Below, in pieces: positions 59,018 to 64,000 of a stretch of DNA of 64,000 nt. Numbering within the stretch: the first letter of the stretch is position 1; each line of letters starts with the position of its first letter. Under the pieces are notes generated by a model. It was not told the origin of the DNA. It worked only from the letters and a program-made list of their open reading frames with translations, and made no database searches. This DNA is from Candidatus Eiseniibacteriota bacterium (GTDB lineage Bacteria; Eisenbacteria; RBG-16-71-46), in contig OY970342.1 in the NCBI GenBank assembly GCA_963717505.1, positions 1,248,001 to 1,312,000 of the forward strand, read 5' to 3'. The translations under genes and the position numbers were made by a program.

Positions 59018-61992
59018 CTACTGGATGCGCACCATCCGTCCGATCGCCGTCTCGCCACCCTGCGACAGCCTGAGCATGTAGACGCCGGCCGGCAGGCGAT
59101 CCAGCTCCGGAATGCGCACCTGGTGCGCGCCGGGACCGAGGTCGCCGACCTCGCGCCAGGCGACACGGCGCCCTGCCACGTCGAGGATGTCGAGTCGCGC
59201 GGGACCGCGGCGGGGAAGGCTCAGGACGATGCGCGCTCCGGGGACAGCCGGGTTGGGCTGCGTCCCCGCGAGCGCCAGGCGATGCGTGGTCGGTACGTTG
59301 ACCCAGGTCTCGGCGTAGATCTGGCCGGCCTCGTCGACCAGCCGATAGCCATAGCGCTCGCCCGGGACGACGGCGCGATCGGTCCACGCGATCATGTCGG
59401 AACCATCGCGTTCGAGCACGGCGACCGTCGCCCACTCGCTACCGGCCTGACTGCGCTGGACGCGTGCCACGGACAACCCGGGAGTGTGCCAGGCGAGCTC
59501 GACCCCCTCGGGGCTGGCGGTCGCCTGAACCAGGGACACCAGCACCGCGGTCGGGACGTCGCACGCGGCTTTGAGTCCCGAGATGCAGTTGATGATGTTG
59601 GCGTAGCCGGTCTGGACTTCGGGATCGTCTGGAGAGAGAGCCTCGAGATCGATCAGCATCTGATCGATGCTGTTGACGGATGATGCCGTCCACCGATAGA
59701 CGATGAAGTCACCGGGATCGATGATCGCGCCGTCGATACAGCAGCCTGCTGGCCAGACCATAGAGCCCGGGTAGACCACCTTCGATCAGAGCGCCGTCGA
59801 CCTCGAACATCGGGTCCGGCGTGCCGGTGTAGGCCGATCGGAACACCACCAGGTACTCGCGTCCACCGTTCTCGGTCGCATCGGGCCCCCAGGTGAAATC
59901 CAACGACCACGGTTGCGCCATTGGCGGGAGTACGTTGCCGTCGTCATCGGTGTTCACCCGCTCGACGAAAGCCGCGTCGAGCTGGACGTTGCGATCGACG
60001 TCCCACACCTGGAACGGGACGTCGTGGAATCCGCCGTACTCATAGCGCCGGCCAAGTGGCGACGCGGCGCCGTCCGAGGCCCGTTCGTGACGGAGGTAGC
60101 GGTAGGCCTTCTGGGGAATGGTGCTGAACCGAATCTCGACGGTTGCGAACGAGTCGGGATGAGTGGCCGGGTCGAGCGAGCTGCCGAGGAATTCCGAGGC
60201 CAACCCGGCGCCGCCGCCGAAGAAGGGAAGACCAAGATCTACTCCGAAGAGAGCGCGAGGGTTGGTCTGATTCCCATCGCCGTATTCGACCGCACTCAGC
60301 GACGAACCGCGTCTTCCGGTGCGAACCAGGTCGGCGACGGTGGCTCCGGTCACCCCCGGGCAATTCGCCGGGGTCAGGGGGCTCAGGATGATCGGGTCCC
60401 CGTTCGTGTCGTGAACTCCGTAGCGCGCGGCCATGACGTTGGCGAGCAGCGCCGCGAACTGACGCTCGGCCTCGAAACGCATCTCGGTGCCGGGTGACTG
60501 AAGCGTGCTGCACATTTCGGCGGCACTGGCCCCCCAGTCGAAGTACGCGGATTGCGCGTCCGCGTCTTGTGCGATCAGCTGAAGCTGGAAGGGGTCCGCC
60601 GCGCATTGGTCCTGCCAGAAATACAGCGAACGCGGGCAGACGGAAGGCTCGAAGCACGGGGGCACGCCCGGCAAGGGATCCAGTTGCGTGAAGTTCGACG
60701 CGTACGCCTCGGCCGTGAAGTCGGCATTGCAGCGCAGCTCGCTGATCGATGCGATGTGATTTGCACCCTGCCCGACCACGACGGCCACGACGACCTCGGT
60801 GGTTTCGCCCGGGCGCCAGCGTCACGTAGCTGGCGGTGACCAGCAATCGCTTGTCGGCGGCAGGCCCGTCGAACCAACCCGCGCCGGTCACCGGATCGCC
60901 CCGGAACATGAACTTGGTCTCGACCTGGTAGATCGGGTCGACGAACGGCGAGCCATCGGCCTGCAGTCCGCGCAACGCATTGGCGGACTCCTCCGTGCTC
61001 GAAGGGTCGGTGCCGTTGATGTATCCGGTGCAGCTGGTCATCGGCAATCCACCGAGCAGCCGAACGCCGACGGCGGGAGGAGTAGCGCCATATTGAATGT
61101 CTTCGGGAACCGCGTTGTAGGCGTAGCCCATGCTGCGTGGCTCGTCGGCGCCGATCATGTCGTCGGTGGCTCCGCCAACGTCGGGATCGGTCCAGACCCC
61201 CGGAATCAGCTGCTGAATGGTTTCGCTGCCGTCATTGATGATTCGGTAGCGAATGAAAACCGCGTCGCCCAGCGGCCCCGGTCGGTCGAATCCGAACACC
61301 GTTTGCTGCACCTCGACCCCAATCGGGTCGCTGTTGCCCGCATCGTTCGTGTGCAGCGAAGGATCGGCGTCGTTGTACACGCTCCACAGCATTTGGTCGC
61401 CCGAGACGTCGGGTCCGAGCACGTCGAGCGAATCGTCCCCACCTGGCGTATCGGTGTTGGGGAGTCGGTAGGTGCGGACCGGCGCGCCCCGGGGTGCGGC
61501 GCCCGCGACGTACTCGCTCCAACTGTGATGGAGGAGTGGATCTTGAGTGGGGTCGACCGGGACGACCTCGACGTGCGCGGAGTCCGCGGGATCGCCGGTC
61601 CATGCCTTGACCTTGTAGACCATGAGATCTTGTGCGCCGGCATCCTCCCAAACGCCCGGCGACAGAATGCGGCCGGCACCGTACTCCTGCGAGTACTCGG
61701 CGACCGTCACCCGCGTCGGTCCGGGGGGGAAGTCCGCGCCCAGCCACAACCCGCCGGCAAACAGCGCCGTCGTCGATGTTCCCTTGGGGTAGAGGAGCCC
61801 CGCATTGGCGGTCGTCAGATCCCACCCGAACGAACCGAAGTTGGTCACGAACATGTTGATCCGATTCACGTCGATTCGACGGAGCAGATCCTGCACGTGA
61901 GGTTGCGTGGTTCTGGAAGGGGCGGCGCCATGGGCCGCGGAGACGAGAAGGAGGAGAGAAGCGATCGGGACGAGCGTCGCGCGAGGAGTCAT
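59018..61992 (-). CDS. Large secreted protein with FlgD-Ig/T9SS-like C-terminal domain; frameshifts near 60810 and 59745
   Basis: Three consecutive ORFs (60040..61992, 59709..60788, 59018..59779); signal peptide; tail QPNP...DVAGRRV...GVYMLRL. Confidence 0.75.
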
Positions 61993-63015
61993 ACGGCCTC
62001 CGTAGTGCCTGGGCAGGGGGGGAGAGCGCCCACCAGCCTACCACCGCGAATCAGCCGGTCGAACGACTTTTGTGATTGGTCCGGAGCGCGCCGACCTCGC
62101 CCCAGGAGTGGCGAAACCAGCTCCCGAAAATGCTCGACCGCAGTACGTTCCTCGACCGCCAGGGCATCCTGGAGCCAGGCCACGGGTGGCGGGGGCGGCG
62201 CGTCCAGCGCGCCCCGGACCTCGGTCACCGCCTGGCGAAGGGTCGCATGGTCGTGCGCCTTGCCGAGCGCCTCCTGAATTTCGCGAAGGCGATCCACGAT
62301 TCGCGATTCGGTGCCGAGTGCAGCGTGCCAGCGCTCCTCGCTGTAGCGCCACTTCTTGACCGCAACGCGCGCGGCGTGAAACAGCTCGATCGCTGCGCCG
62401 TCGGCGACGGTCGCGGCCAGGAGTGCGTCGTGTGCGCTGCGTCGATCGGCCGCGAGTCGGCGGCGCACGCGGCCTACCACTTGGGGATCGCGCAACCGTT
62501 CGTCGAGCGCGACGATCGCATCTTCGAGGTGCAGCCGCAGGGAGCGCAGGCGCTCGGGCTCGATACGCTCGAGTGCCCCCCGGCGGTCGCGCGCATAACG
62601 CTCGCGCCACGCGACCGCGATGCGAACCAGCACTGCCGGCACGCGCGGAAGGTCCCGAGTGCGCCGCGCGAGTTCGGAGGTGTGGACCTCGGATTTCGCG
62701 CAACGGCCCGAACCGTCTCCGGGCGCGGCGCAGCAGGCGCAGCGCTCGGCGAGCGGGCCGACCGGCGAGGGCCGGCCGCCACATGCGCAGGCCGGCGGTC
62801 AACCGGCGCGCGGCAACGCGCAGGTCGTGGATCGCTTCGGCATCGGTGGCATGAGCGAGTGCCAGCCTTCCGCTGGGCGTCTGCACCGCACGCAGGCGCT
62901 GTCTGCGCACGCGCACCGCGGCGTCCGTGAGCAGGTCGAGCCGATGGCGAAGGTCGCGGGCCACGCGCGCCGCCAGGAGCTGGGCCGTAGGGGCGGGAGC
63001 AGCCCGAGCGGTCAC
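61989..63015 (-). CDS. CHAD domain protein (polyphosphate-binding family); frameshift near 62690
   Basis: IHDLRVAARRL, FHAARVAVKKWRYSEE, IQEALGKAHD across two frames. Confidence 0.8.
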
Positions 63016-63022
63016 CGGCCGA

Positions 63023-63745
63023 TCACTCCGCCGCCGGTCGTTCGCCCATGCTGGTGCCGCCGGAGAGGAGCAGCGCCGAGACCCGCTCGGCCAATGCCTC
63101 GGCGTTCTCACTGATCGGTCGTGTGGCGTCGAGCGTTTGAAAGTCGTACTCGCCCGCCAGCGTGTCCAGCTCCTGGATCACGCGCCCCTGATAGTTGATG
63201 AACGAGTCGTAGAGATCCTCGCCCATCGGCATGTCCATTCCCGATTCCCAGTAGTCGAACCCGCCTTGCGCCAGGGTGCGCGGCACCAGGTCCTCGACGT
63301 CGATGCGCAGGTAGAACACCGCGTCGGGTTTGAGCGAAAACGAATACACGTCCTTGATCCAGGCGCGATCGGCGCCACGCACGATGGCGCGAGCGATCAG
63401 CGAATAGATGTAACGATCGGTGAGCATGACGAAACCCGCGCGCAACGCGGGAATGATCTGCCGCTCGAGACGGTCGGCGAAATCGGTCGCATAGAACAGA
63501 TTGAACGCATTCACGCCGAAGGTGTTGCCGTCTTTCGCGCGGCGCAGGCCGCGGCTCGCGAGGTCGGAGCGGCTGAGGCCGGTCTCGGCGACCGCGTATC
63601 CCATGCGCTCGAGATGCTCGCGCAGGCGCGCGACATGGGTCGAGCGCCCGACGCCGTCGGTGCCCTCGATCACGATCAGCCAGCCGGTCAGGTCGCTGAG
63701 ATCGAGGCCCGGGATGCCGTCGCCGTAGGACTCGAACTTCTTCAT
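63023..63745 (-). CDS. Thymidylate kinase-like protein, copy 2 (Walker A GTDGVGRS)
   Basis: IVIEGTDGVGRST, DRYIYS, KPDAVFYL, DYWESGMD. Confidence 0.85.
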   Translation of the reverse strand: MKKFESYGDGIPGLDLSDLTGWLIVIEGTDGVGRSTHVARLREHLERMGYAVAETGLSRSDLASRGLRRAKDGNTFGVNAFNLFYATDFADRLERQIIPALRAGFVMLTDRYIYSLIARAIVRGADRAWIKDVYSFSLKPDAVFYLRIDVEDLVPRTLAQGGFDYWESGMDMPMGEDLYDSFINYQGRVIQELDTLAGEYDFQTLDATRPISENAEALAERVSALLLSGGTSMGERPAAE

Positions 63746-64000
63746 GCCCGTGCCTCCAGCCCCATGGTCGCCAGGTGCGGGCGGATCGCCCGCCGCAGGA
63801 GCTTCTGCTGGACCTCGACCGGCTGCACCGCGTCCACCGTCGACAGTTGGTATTCCTCGACGATCTGCTCGTACTCGTCGAGGATGCGCTCCTGGAACAA
63901 TCGATACGACTGCGAGACATCGGTGTGCAGGTAGAGATCCATGCCGGCCTCGTACCACTTGAGCCTGGGACGCCCGAGCAGGATGCGGCGCAGGGCGATC
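63742..64000 (-). CDS. Thymidylate kinase-like protein, copy 1 (3' part only)
   Basis: KWYEAGMDL...SYRLFQERILDEY parallels copy 2; ATGA overlap. Confidence 0.75.
   Translation of the reverse strand, partial: IALRRILLGRPRLKWYEAGMDLYLHTDVSQSYRLFQERILDEYEQIVEEYQLSTVDAVQPVEVQQKLLRRAIRPHLATMGLEARA

Noticed and set aside
1-64000. CRISPR array, tRNA, rRNA, integrase or prophage genes
   Set aside because: No regularly spaced repeats, cloverleaf signatures, or recombinase/phage motifs seen by eye

Overview
GC-rich (~65-70% by eye) bacterial window from a diderm organism. Several secreted proteins carry FlgD-Ig/T9SS-like C-terminal domains and one ends in a TW..IK..YR tail, a pattern I associate with FCB-associated candidate phyla such as Ca. 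Eisenbacteria (inference). No rRNA, tRNA, CRISPR array or intact mobile element was seen. In order: two tandem secreted EEP-family nucleases/phosphatases; four small CX18-20C peptide genes behind a sigma-54-type promoter; an Sdh1-type sdh operon; thiol dioxygenase + YeiH exporter; MFS and USP; a ~22 kb accessory stress/envelope region (12.4-34.9 kb) with at least six sigma-54-like promoters, a bEBP and hybrid kinase, two DUF3494 ice-binding-type proteins, active and inactivated C39 peptidases with a PA2779-like double-Gly protein, a class D sortase with an LPQTA substrate, OmpA, L,D-transpeptidase and M15 peptidase; class II RNR (nrdJ); osmC; a structured intergenic element with a 12-nt anti-SD-complementary site and 13-codon ORF; phoX; a heme oxygenase operon with DtxR-like boxes; an ABC-2 exporter and cation/H+ antiporter; and polyphosphate-related genes (ppx, CHAD, tandem thymidylate-kinase-like genes). 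At least seven genes are split by small frameshifts, most likely long-read indel errors. Best novel candidates: the paired four-peptide cluster (3.7-4.7 kb), the sigma-54 region, and the 40.8-41.1 kb RNA/micro-ORF element. All family calls come from motif recognition, not database searches.
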